Below are positions 10,929-23,165 of a stretch of DNA of 64,000 bases, one piece after another. The DNA lies in the NCBI GenBank assembly GCA_000388065.2, contig KB932204.1. One strand, 5' to 3'. The DNA is from Fonticula alba ATCC 38817 (Eukaryota; Protista; Nucleariida). The position numbers and the translations under genes were made by a program. How positions within the stretch are numbered: position 1 is the stretch's first letter; every line of letters starts with the position of its first letter. The notes beneath the pieces were generated by a model. The model did not search any database. It was given only the letters and a program-made list of their open reading frames with translations, and was not told where the DNA came from.

Positions 10929-12372
10929 TTCCCCTTTCCATTTTAATAATTGATGTTGGTGTGAGGGGCACTTCCCGGGTGGGGACGAGAGAGCGCCTCG
11001 CTGGACGACCTCGGCTCGTGGGCCCTCCCATCCTTGTCTCGTCCGGGCGCCCCCCCCCTCTCGCCCGTTCATACATGCTCCTGCGCGTGAACTGCCGGGA
11101 GGGGTGCATCCTGGCCGGGGTGTTTGGACCACATGGCCTGATCACATGGACCATATGCCTTTTGCCAGCGTGCCCCCTTTTTCCAGGGGGATGAGCCCCC
11201 AAGCATGCGGGCCTTCTTGGGGAGAAATTGTGCGCATGCGCTTCCAAGTCGGGGCGGTGCTCTGCGCAGAGGCGCGCATGCGTTCTCGCGTTCCGGAGCT
11301 CTTCGATCGTCGGTGCGAGGGCAGGCAGGGCGCCGTCATGTGCACGCCCCGAGGCAAGGGCGAGGTGCCCACTCTGATGCAGGGGCCCGGCGGATCCCTG
11401 GCCTCGGGCTTGGCCCCGCCGTTTTCTGCTGTTTACGCACGTGCAGTTGCCCTGTGGGAGGCCGGGCATCCCCCCTCATTCCGGCGGCCTCCTGCTTTCT
11501 CCTTCTCAGCCTGGAAGAGGTCGGGGCCAGGGAGTCGGGGGCTCTCTGTCTCCCGGTCCCGGCTCCCAGCCCACGCCTCGTTGGTGCCCGCGCCCGGGTG
11601 GCTCTGTTGCATGTGTGCATGTTCAGCATGGCCCCCGAGCACCTGGTGCCATGCATGACTTGGCGCTTGCCAAGGGCGGCTGGAGACACGTTCCCCCCCC
11701 CCCCCTCCCCGGGACATCGTGTCTAGGGTGTTGCTGGAGTCCCAGCAGCAGATGATCCCAACCCAACTGCCCTCCCTTGTGGCTCTGGGCCTATTTTGTG
11801 GGGCGCGTGCCCCCTTTGCCGCTTTACCGGGGGCAGTTTTCGCCGGGACCTGCTTCCTGTTGTGCAGTCGGACATCCTGGGCCCCCCGCTCCTCGCTGGC
11901 CCGAACCACCCTAAGCGAGGGCCGCACCCCGCTGGCGATGGAGGTGGTCCTGTGCTCGGCCATCATGGCGCGCGATCTCTCCACTCGTCCGAATATTCCG
12001 CGCTGGGGGGGGGGGGGGGGCTGCACGGGGCCTCCTCCCGCTGCTGGGGACAGACACACCCACACCCACCCACCCACATCACCCACGGCGGGACGCCCTG
12101 ATGAAAAAACACCAGTCTCAGGCCGGCAGGGGCCCCACCTGCTCTCCCCCTCCCCCCCCCCGGTCCCTCCCTCGACTGGTACCTCCCTTCCCTTCGGAGG
12201 CATCACGCTATTTCCCTTGCCCCTTTTGCGCACACATCACACATCCACCCCTTTCGCCCTCCTTCTCCCGCTCCTTTGCCCATCCTCACCCCCTCCATCC
12301 TCCATCCTCCTTGCTCCCATCTCCGTCAAATAGCAGCACCCACTCCCCCCCCCCCCCCCCCCCGCAATCAGG

Positions 12373-14058
12373 ATGTCCAGCGTTTCCGCTCCCTCCAGCG
12401 TCCCCACCCCCACCAGTGTCGGGCTGAGCGCCACGCCGGAGTTCATGGCCATGGTGGCCCCGGCTAACTTCGTCAAGAACCTGGCTTGTGGCGGTACTGC
12501 CGGCATGGTGGGCGCCCTGGCCACCTTCCCCATCGACACGGCCAAGACCCGCATGCAGGCCGATGGTGGGCGCATGTACCGCAACATCCCGGACGCCCTT
12601 GTGAAGATCGCCCGTCAGACTGGCCTGCGCTCCCTCTACCGCGGCCTGCCGGTCCAGCTGATTGGTATCATCCCGGAGAAGGCCCTCAAGCTGTCGGTCA
12701 ACGACTCGGCCCGCTACTTCCTCCGGTACGAATCCCCCCCACTTATCCTTGGCGTGGCACTCTGCCCAACCTTCTACTTTTGTCACAATGTGCTCTCTCT
12801 TTCCCCCTCTCGATCTCTTTCTTCTCTCTCCCCTCCCTCGACTTCCAGCACACACACACACACACACGCACTCCCACATACGCATGCAATCCTCACTCCC
12901 CCTGTCCACATGTACCCACACACGCGCTCGCGCGCAATCACCACAGCAATCGCGAGAACAACACCATTCACTGGAGCCGCGAGATGATTGCAGGCGCCAC
13001 GGCCGGTTTCTGCCAGGTGGTCATCACCTCGCCGATGGAGATGTTCAAGATTCGTCTGCAGATGTCCGCGGCGGCGGCCGAGTCCGGTGCCGCTCCCCGG
13101 ACCTCCGCCGTCAACATCATTCGCGATACCATCCGTCAGGGTGGCGTCTTCCGCGGTGCTGGCGCCACTCTCCTGCGTGATGTGACCTTCTCCCTGCTTT
13201 ACTTCCCGATGTTCGCCAACCTCAAGGGCTGGATTGCTGGCCGTGACGCCAACCACCCGGTCTGGAGCACCATGCTCCGCGACCCGGGCCCTGGTGCGTG
13301 CCTCATTTGTCTCCTCCATGCGAATTGCGGCGATGCCCATATCGAGGACTCCCCTCTTGGCGTCTGGGCCTCCGGGTTTTCCATCTAACCTTTTCTCCCG
13401 CCCCTCTTCCTCCCCGCCTTTGGCCCGGTCTTCCTCCCTTCCTGCTCAGCTCCCGCTGGCCACACCGGCCCGCGTGACATCAACTCGCGTGTCAACTTCT
13501 TTGGCACTTTCATGGCTGGTCTGATTTCCGGCAGTGCTGCCGGCTGGCTTGTGACTCCTGCCGATGTCATCAAGACCCGTCTCCAGGTGTGTCCTCCTCT
13601 CCTTCTCCCCCCCTCCCCCTGCCTCCCCTAAAATTTCATCTGATCTCTCGCACCACCTCGCCATTTACTGATTACCGGTCCCATGTCCGTCCTCTACCTG
13701 CCCTATCACTCGGCTGTCTAGGCCGCTGGTGGTGTCGAGAAGTGGAAGAACATCCGCACCTGCGCCAAGATGACTCTCGCTCAGGAGGGCCCGACTGCTT
13801 TCTTCAAGGGTGCGTCCTTTTCTCAATACCCGATCACGCGCAGCCTGCCCCCCCCCCCACACACGATTACTCCTTTTCTCCTCCCTCCCCCCTCCCCCCC
13901 TGACCGTCGCTTACCTCTCCTCCCTTTTCTCGACCCAAACACACACACACACAACCATTACTTCTGCAGGCGCCACTGCTCGTGTCTTCCTGGTCGGCCC
14001 CCTCTTCGGTGTTGTCCTCATGACCTACGAGGTCCTTCCTCGCCTGCTCGGTCTCTAA
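12373..14058 (+). CDS. Mitochondrial carrier (SLC25), glutamate/aspartate-glutamate carrier-like (SLC25A22/AGC1 subfamily), 5 exons
   Basis: Three Px[DE]xxKxR signatures (PIDTAKTR, PMEMFKIR, PADVIKTR) and the PEKALKLSVND subfamily motif. Exons 12373-12725, 12947-13293, 13450-13586, 13722-13809 and 13970-14058 join in frame. Confidence 0.9.
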
Positions 14059-14764
14059 ATGCATCGGCCCTCTCCCATGCACCGTGTGGCAATCTCCCTC
14101 TGGCGCACTCGTGGAGACCCCGGCACAGGCCCTATCCACATGGCTCTATCTGGCATGTGCCGCTCCTTTTTTTGTGCCCAGGCATGCACCCGCGTACCAA
14201 GAGCGCACGGGGACTCGCCGGGCGGGCCGCGTGCCATCCCATCCTCCGCTCCCCCCCTTTTAGCCCCCTCCTGGCGGCGCCCCTTGTGCTTCGTTCCCCA
14301 TTCTTTTACAGCCCTTGTCCTTTCAACGAAAATGTACCATATACAACACGTCATCCGCTGTTTCCACGTCCGGACATGTCTCCCTGCGCGCCAGTTATAG
14401 GCAGGGACGGACAGGCAGCTGAGCGAAACTCCTCTCCCCCCAAGAGTGGGGCAGCTTCCCAGCCATCTGCTTCCGGTGAGAGACGTGTGTGTGTGTGTGT
14501 GTGTGTGCATGCGTGCGCCTCAGCAGGCGCGCAGCCACATTTGCGCGCTACCAAAGGGGAGACTCTTCTTGCCGGCACATGGGGCTGGCAACCAACGGCG
14601 ACCACATGCGGGCGATCGGTGGCATCTCCAGTGCCAACGATTACATCGCGCCGATCGGCCGCCCCTGATCGTCGGGCCTGGGGCTATCAAGGGTGGGTGG
14701 CCGGGCGGCGGGGGCGGGGGCTACCGGCGATCCCCCTCCCACGGGCCTGGCCGAGGGATCCCCA

Positions 14765-14766
<2 letters not shown>

Positions 14767-14819
<53 letters not shown>
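14767..14819 (+). repeat. 53-nt poly-G homopolymer (one of many G/C runs in the window)
   Basis: Seen directly. Similar runs at 7064-7115, 26820-26856 and 61904-61934 and at nearly every N-gap edge. Confidence 0.9.
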
Positions 14820-15251
14820 CGGTTACACCGAGGTGCGGGGGAAGACACGGGCATGAGGGATTCGGGGCAAAAGGCCCGGATCTTGGCCCCTTCCCCTGTT
14901 CAATGAGATCTGGGATTTTTTTCCGCCCAGCCTCGGGCAATTGCTGCACCCTCGCGACAGGGGCATCCTCCATGCATCATCTCGCCACCACTTTCCTGAT
15001 ACCTCCCCCTCCCCCAGCTTCCCTGTCTTTCTTTCTCTTTCATTCCCTCCCTCCCCCCCCTCTTTCTCTCTCTCGTCCCTGTGTTCAGTTCTGCCCAAGA
15101 CTTTGTTCCCGCCCACCGAGGTTACCCACGAGGGACTGTAAAGGTCTCGCGGGGCGATCCTCTCCAACCTCGCTCATCTTCCAAGGCTCGCATTTCCCGC
15201 TCTCTCTCCCCCCCCCCCCCACCCATCTCTCTTTCTGCTTCTCACCGGCAC

Positions 15252-18200
15252 ATGTCCTTTAGCTTTGGGATTGATTTGGCCCTGCTGCCGCCGCTGGTGC
15301 AGCTACTAGATCCAGTTGCCCCATCAGCTGGGGACTTCCGCCAGCAGGCAGCCTTCCGCCATGGCCTGCGAGTTGTCGGGCTCCTGGTGGACTCGGTGCG
15401 GGGTGTGCTGCAATTCCGTCAAGCGCAAGCACACGCTCGCCGGGTAGCACAGCAGCTGGCCACCCACATTCAGCCTCCTGCCGTGTGTGATCAGGCCACC
15501 GACGGCAATGTCCCCTTGACGGATGCCTGGTGGTCCTTCCACCTGTTCATGTCTTCGACTCCGGTGACCGGCGATCGAGTTGGTGCTTTTGACAAAAATG
15601 GCGGTGTCCTCCTCTCGCCAGAGCAAAGTCTGGCGTCCATGCTGCAGACGGCGCGCTCGGCCGCGCCACGGAGTGGCTCAGATCCCTCCTCTGGGAGTGC
15701 CGGCGGGGCCCCGGTTGACGCGGCGAGTTTCTTGGCCACCTTCGACCCTGCGCTTGTTGCTCCACCGCGCGGCCATTTCCCGGTCCAGTCGCCAGAGGAG
15801 GGCCTTGGTCGTCTGGCCGAGTGTCTGGTTAGCGCATTGGAGTTCCTCCTTGCCTCGTGCTGCGCCCGGCCCGGTCTCCCGTCAGACTCCGGTCCCGCGG
15901 TTGAGTACTTCCCCCCGCCGATGGATCACCTCGTCGGTGGAGCCATGCGAGGGCTCCTGGACTGTTGGTCCTGGGATCGCGCCCCGAGCGCCTTGGGACC
16001 ACTGGGCTCTTCAACGGCCCGACAGCCTGGAGCCCGAGTCCGTGCACCTTCTTTGAGCAGTCCAGGTGCGTCCCCCTTTTCTCATGCCGCAAGCCCCTTC
16101 GCCGGGTAGATGTGCCTGCTCACCATGTGGGCTTTTGAAAACCGCCACAGCCCCCACCCGCGCGAGGCCCAGCAGCGATGAGGGGGTGGAATTGGCCACC
16201 GATCTTCCCGAACGCCTGGCATTCGATGGTGCTCGGCTGGCTGGCGAGGCCCGTGGCTGGCAGGACACCGGCTTCGCGGCTGGCACCGCCGCGGCCTTGG
16301 ACACACACCACCGGTTTGTGACGGGGCCCCTGGCCGCGGTGGCCACTGCTTCCGGGCTCGAATGCGGCCAGGAGGCGCTCTTTTCGAATTTCACCCCGGA
16401 GATGGCTGAGCGCGGTGCCATTTACCTCTTGACCTGCCTGCCGCGCACGCTCCAGGATCTGCACCTCTTTTGCCGAGGCATGCCCATCGACTCCGAGGCC
16501 GAGGGGGACGATGCATCTAGAATGCCTTCGCGCCTCTACCGGCGCATGTATCGGGCTTTCCACGAGCCATTTGTGGCAGCCACGCGGGCCCACACATCCG
16601 GGAGCACCAGCGCTGCCGGCAGCCGCGGCACTGGAGGTGATGTCGGCAGTGCACGAGGTGATTGCCATGCTGCAGGCAACATGGCACACCTGGTGGCATC
16701 CCCCGGGTCAGCCTGGCCGGGTCCCGGGTCTCCAGGATTGGGCAGCTGGTCCAGCCTGCTGCAGTGGGAGATGAATGCTCAGCCTGTGGCGGATCCGCTG
16801 GCCCCGCTGGCTGAGAGATTGAATGCGCTGGCCCGTGAAGCGCAGGCACTGGCTGCGGCCCCGGGAGCACGTCTCGGTGCCGACATTTCCAACATGACTA
16901 GCCATGCTGGCAAGGATGACCAGCCGGCGGCCGGAGCGCCGGGGCTTTGGCCGACCCTGGCCAGTCAGCACCTGGCCTTGCATTTTGTGGATCTTTCAGC
17001 CTGGTGTGCGGCGCTTCCGGGAGCCGGGCCCGCTGCCCTGCCCGGTTGGATTTCCAGTGTGGATGGATCGGCCCTGAGCGGCATGGCTCGAGCCTTTCTG
17101 CATGGCTGCCCATCTGCCGGAGGTGCAGTTGGCTTGCATCCTGCCGAGTCTCTCGACTTGGCCGGGCGTCGCGCCGTGCGCCGGCTGTTGGGTAGCTTCA
17201 CTCTCGGCAGCTCGGGCAGTCGCGGGGTCAGCGGGCGATCGACCCCCGGCAGCCGGCTCATCCTTTCCGAGAGCCTGCTCGAGGGGGCAGAGGACCCGCT
17301 GCTCGATCGGTTTTTGAATGACTGGCTCCGGCGGCGAGGTCTTGCCATGGAGGATGAGCTCGAGCCTCCGCGATTGGCTTTGGCGGCTCTCCCGCGGTTA
17401 TTTCAGCTTGCCGCCGCGCATCAAGATATCCAGGTCCTCCCGAGCGGGCTCCCATTGGGCTCAAGCACCAAGGCCAGCACCACGGCCGAGGCCGACATGT
17501 CCTGGCATGTTGGCACGGCGCCGGCCCGCGGCACAAGCGGTCCATGGCTCCGGCGGATTTCAGCGAGGCTGGTCCTCGGGCCGGGGGTGCTCGAGGCCGC
17601 CGGGATGCCGACCAATCACAGCCGGTGGGCGCTGCTTCCGGCGTCCCCCCTTTGTGGAGCCTTTTTGGGCGGGACTGTGGCTGGCGGGCGCCTTGCCCGA
17701 GCATTGGCCGGGACCGATGCACCAAGGGCCCGAGATAAGGACGGGCTGGCTTTGACACTTGTTGGGTTTTTGGATGTCCTATCGGGCCGAGCACGCCTTT
17801 TGAGCATACTGTGCCCGCTGGTGCGCCTCTTCGCATTGGACTCCCTGTCCGAGCTTCAGGTCATCGATGCCGTGTCCAAGCCGGAGGGGGCCCATTCGCC
17901 AGGCACCGGGTTGGGCTTTTCGCCGGCCGACTTGGTTCTTGTGTCTGGATTCCTTGCAAGCACCAGCCGACTGGCGGTCATTCGGCTTGACCTTGCCACG
18001 GTGAACCTGGGGCAGCTGTCTCTCCTTCCCTCTGAGGCAGACTTCGCCGGTGGTTGTCGCCACTGTGGCGCTCCGTTGCCCCTGGCGCCGGGAAACCCGC
18101 CGGCCCCTCAATCACTGCTGTTTGTTCTAGCCCCCTGGCTTGGGGCGGTCAGCCTCCTGCAGCGTGTCCAACTGGAAGCCCTTTGCGATGGGTGTTCTGC

Positions 18201-21200
18201 CGCGCTGCTAGCGGGCTTATGTGGTCCCAGTGCGGCCTACGGCCAGCATGTGGCCAGGGCCCTGGAGAAGTCGATCCACCCGGCTCCGGGCTTCGGACAT
18301 ATCGTGCCCACTGGCGGGTGCGCGGTGGTGGAGCAAGCAGCCCCGGCCGCCAGCGGGCGCTTCCTTCGCCGGTGGTCGGCCCTGCTTCAAGGCCCTCCCA
18401 TGCCGGACCCGGTCGGCTCCGGGCGTGCAGCTGGGTCTCTACTCTCGCAGTGCGTGCTCCCTTTCGCCTCCCCCCCCCCCCACAATACACCGGTTTTCTG
18501 TGGCTGACAGTCGCTTGCCCTCTCAAAATAACAGGCTCGTCGAACCGCAGGCCGTCCTATCCGCAGCGACCGGACGCTGTGGCACCATGGCCGATTATGT
18601 GCAGGATCTTGACTGGGCATACCGGTGTCACACGTATGAGCGCCTGACTCGCGGCAGTGCTACTGACGGTGTCACATCTTCGGCTTCTTCCGCCATTATG
18701 AATGAAGTAGCCGCAGCTTCCTCCGCGACTGGGGATGCCACTGCGGCGGCCACTTCCACGGCTGCCGGGTCGCTGGAGATTGCAGGCCCGGAGGGCCCTG
18801 GGACGGCATGCAGCGATCTCGCCACCGAGGGGGCGCCCCATCTTTTTGGGGATTCACTCGAGCTCATTATTGATCCTCGACTGCCGCCGGAGCTGGACCA
18901 CCTGGCCGGTGATCCGACCCTGCGCCAGTTGCAGATGGCCTACATCGGGCGCCTGTCAGGAGTCGTGGCGGAGACGGTATGTATCTGTATGTGGCTTTCC
19001 CCCCTGCGCTTTGGTGGCTGATTCTAACGGGCCTCCCATGGATGTTTCTGCTGCCGGGTCTCATGCACAGTCGCTGCAAGCTTGTGTCAAGCTGTTGGAG
19101 TCCATCTCGCGCACCTCCTTCGATGTGAACGGCATCCTGCTGATGAGTGAGCCAGCCAGACAGCCAGCCTCCTTCCGGGAAATGCGCCATCGAGTGGCCG
19201 AGCGCCCGTCTCGTGGGGCTGGCGACGCGGCGCCCCTCCCAGCATCTTCCCTGCAAATGGCCCTCGCAGTTCGGTCCATGGTAAGACTGGTGTTGATGCA
19301 AGCCACCGGGGTGGGGTCCACAGTGTCGGCGGTGAGTCTGTCCAACTGGCCGGATTCCAGCCCGGGGCAGGACCACCATGGCATGCCACCGGAGGCGCTG
19401 GCCGCGGCCACCGTCGAGCGGAACCTGAAACGCACGTCGCGCGCCCGACGCCGGGTATGCCAGGCTCCCTCGGTGGCCGAGGCAGTGGAGGCCAAATACC
19501 AGCTGGCTGGCCGTCGAGCGGCCGGCTTTCTGCCGGCTCCGGCCCTGCGGCAAGTTGACCTGCCCCTGGGGCATTTGGTCGCTCCGGCCCTCAGCGCCGA
19601 GGCCACCTGGACTGATGCATCGCTGTGTGGCCGCGGCCTGGCCGAGGGCGGGCCAGTGTACCGACTCGCGCTGGGACCAGCCGACCCTCCCGTGGACTTC
19701 TCTGCAAGCCAAGTTGTAGCCTTGCAGAAGGAGCGCGAGTGCGTGCCTCTCTCGCTGGCTTTTTTTCTCCTCACACCTTTTTCCATGTTATCTTACTCTC
19801 GTCCCCCCCCCCCCCCCCCCTTTTCTCGACTCCATCCTCCCCCCCCCCCGCGTCGGCGTCTCTCCTCTCTAACGATCATTTCAGACTTCAGATCCAAGTT
19901 CTTCTTCACATTCTGGCCATTTCCATCGCTCTGACAATCGACCCCGATTTGGTGCTCGAGCTGCCTGGCGGCCCGGGAGCTCTGGAGGCGGCGACCACGG
20001 CCGCTGCGTCCTTGGCCGAAGGCCTCGGTGGCGGCATCGGTCGAGAGTTTGCTTCCTCATCGCCTCCGTCGGATTTCGGCCCACTCGATCCATTCTCAAT
20101 GGCGGACTCGCCTCCTGTCGGGGGGGCGTTTTCCTTGCCATCCGGGGCATTTGGCAATGGCAGTCATGCTGGCGGTGGGCCTTTGGAAGTCTGCGGCATC
20201 GGAAGCGGCAGCCTCAGCGCCGCCTCCTCATCGCCACCCTCTTCGTTTTTGGTGGATCCCGCAGAGCTGGCCGCCCAGGCGGCCATCCGAGCGGCCAAGC
20301 GCCCCTCTCGTCGACGGACACACGGCCATCCTCTCCCTGGAAGCAACGCTCCCCGGGTGTCCGCTCTGCAGCTCGAGGTGGCTGAAGACTTCCAGCATCT
20401 CTTGCAGCTTCTTGACGCACTGAGTTCCTATGGCCATGAGACCTTTGTCCCGTCGGGGGAAAATTCCTCACGCCCGGTTTCTGGCGGCCTTCCGGGCCCT
20501 GGCGCCGCGGCGGGCCCCTCAACGCCTCCTCCACCAGATGTGGCTGCCGCCGCGGCTGCCGCCACCGCCGCGCTGGCCTCGCTGCCTAATGGCTTCGCCG
20601 GGGGTCTTGCCGGCTTCCTGGACGATGTTCTTCTGCCCCTGCTGGCCCTGTGCCAAGACACGGGGCTCGATCTTGTTGGGCTTCCCCGGTGGCTGTGCGA
20701 TTTGGCCACCACTCTGGGTCCCAGGATGGGGTCCCCGTCCGGCACATTGGCGACCGCCATGGGGCTGGGGTCTTTGGCGTCGGCGTCCGCCTCGGCCTCC
20801 TCGGGGTCCCTCTTGCTGGTGGGATCAGGCTCCTCGACCATGCTCATGGGATCGGCCTCGTCAAGCCTGTCCATTGCGCCGTCATTGTCGTCGTCGTCGA
20901 CGACGACGACGACGACGGTGACGACGATGGCGACGGCGGCGAGTTTGCAAGCTGCACCCGCCGCATCCGATGGCGGGCTGGTCAGCGAATGGGCATCGGT
21001 CCTGCGTGGGACATTGTCTTGCCTGGATCGCGAGGCTTTGCGCCGTCTTTTTGCCGAGCTCTTCCGGTATGTTGGTGCACATAGTCGTCGCTGGCCGGAG
21101 TTGGCCACGGTGGCTAGCGATGAAGAGAGCGACAGTGAGAGTCTCACTCTCATGGACCCACTTGGGGAAGCCCCCTCGACGCCGGTCGGCGCCATGGTAG

Positions 21201-22459
21201 GCCATTTGTCGGGGCCGCAGTTTGCGGGCCCCGAAGCTGCGAGTGGGATCCGCCACCCCGGCGGCGACAGTCACACGGCGGGGACCCCAAGTGGCCTGGT
21301 TCCCGGGCTGGTTCCCGGGCATTCCCCCTTCCACAGCCCGTCAATGTCCCTGACGCGCAGCGTGCTGATGCGCAAGCGCCGAGCCGAGACGCCGTTGTCG
21401 CGTCAGGCCGTGCGCGGGCGTCCTGCTGCCCTGGCGGACTCCGTAACCCCGGTGCCTCGAGCCGCCGGTGTCGGGCTGGGGATCGACAGGTCACCCTCGC
21501 TGCGTGGTGGCTTGCCAGGCCCCACGCCCCGGAAACGAGCCGCCCTACGCACTTCCTCCCTCTGTAACTTGGCTCTGGCGGCCAGTCCCTCGGCTGAGAT
21601 GCTCGTGGCCGAGAGCGAGGCCGAAGGGATGACCCCGCCTGTGGGACCAGGCGCCCGGGGGCTCCTTTTCTCCGGCGCAGCGAGCCACCAACTGCGCTCG
21701 GTTCATGGTGCTGCCGGCGGCAGTGGGCATGGTGAGGGTGTCCTGCCTGGCGACCTCCTGGAAGGATACGACCACCAATCAGCCTTGCTTGTTGGGGAGA
21801 GCTCCCCACCCGGTCTGCCGGACGCCCTGACTGGTATGTAATTCGGCCCTTGGCACCTGGCACTATCTCCTTGACTGACACGGCTCCTGTTGATCGCAGT
21901 CCCGGCATCCCCCGGGACAAGTCCACCGGGAGCAAGTCGCCACACTCGACATGCCTCGGCCGAGGCTCCGGTCGCCTTCACATCGTCGCAGTTGTTGCCC
22001 TCCTGGGGACAACGCCCGGATGGGCCTCCAATGGGAAGTCATTCCTCCTCGACTGGGCCCTCGACCTATCCTCAAACGGGGCCAGGGCATCACCTGCACC
22101 TGGGCCCATCGGCTTTGGGCGAGGAAAGTGAGGAAGGATCTCTTGCCCGGATTTCATCTTCCCCCTCTGCCTCGCTGTGTGTTTCGCTGCACTCAAGTTC
22201 CAGTGTCCACTCCTTGGCCTCGGGGCCCTCCTCGGCAATTTGCTCTTCCTCCTCCTCGACGACCCAGCTTCACGAGATCCAGGTGCGCACATGCCCCCCC
22301 CCCTTGGGCATTGCCCCTAGCACGCTACTGCCCTGCCTCTTCCGTCCGATTGATTGTCACTCATGCTCACTCGCTCATCCCCCCTCCCCCCCCCGGATTT
22401 AGAATGCCTTCATCATGGGCGCTGAATTTGCCAGTTTTGTTGTGCCAGAAACCCCATAG
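15252..22459 (+). CDS. Large (~2200 aa) Treslin/TICRR/Sld3-like replication initiation factor, 7 exons; start uncertain
   Basis: Exons 15252-16065, 16151-18449, 18535-18976, 19071-19738, 19885-21833, 21900-22282 and 22403-22459 total 6612 nt in one frame. The spliced motif KERELQIQVLLHILAI and the later LAGFLDDVLLPLL...LPRWLCDLATTLG resemble the Sld3-Treslin domain. The C-terminal region is rich in S/T-P sites. Confidence 0.6.
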
Positions 22460-23165
22460 AGGCCCAGTGTTGTGCATTTTGCAGCAGAAATATAGATCCA
22501 TTGCCATGTGTGTACATGTGCACCTAGGTTTCGGTGAGTGTATATGCGCATGTGTGGATGTCACTGAATACGCCCACCCACCGACATGTGCATTTCTCCG
22601 ACTCAGGCAGACATCTACATGCACAGTCTATTGGCCACACACATGTAACCATAGAGGGAGAGGGGGGCGGGGGGAAGCATGCCAGACAAAATAAAGGCAA
22701 GAACAAAGAAGGGGGGGGGGGGAGAGATGTGTTTGTTCATCAAGGGCGGAGAAACGGACGGCCCGTCCTTCCGGACTGGAAGACCTGAGGCGCGACCAGT
22801 ACATGGTGATTTCGGCTGCAGGCGAGCGGCCCAAACAGGTTGAAAAAAAGAAGATGTGAAACGGCCACATGTGTGCACATGTGCACACAGCAGTAGGTTC
22901 TTTGATTGCCTCCCTCAAGAGTGTCCCATGCGCGCGCAGGCATGTCTATAAGAGGAGAGTGGGGGGGGGGGGGGAGGAGAGTGGGAGGCATGGCAGCAGG
23001 GAAGCCTCACAGCGAGGGTGGCATGGAAAGGGAGGGGGGGGAGAGGAGGAGGAGAGGGAAAGGAGGGAGCACGGCTGCAATTATGCAAGGCAGGAGCCAC
23101 GGTAGGCCAGGCGGAAGACGGTAAAAGGGTGGCAGGCTTGCGCCCAGCGCGGCCGATCGTGGCCC

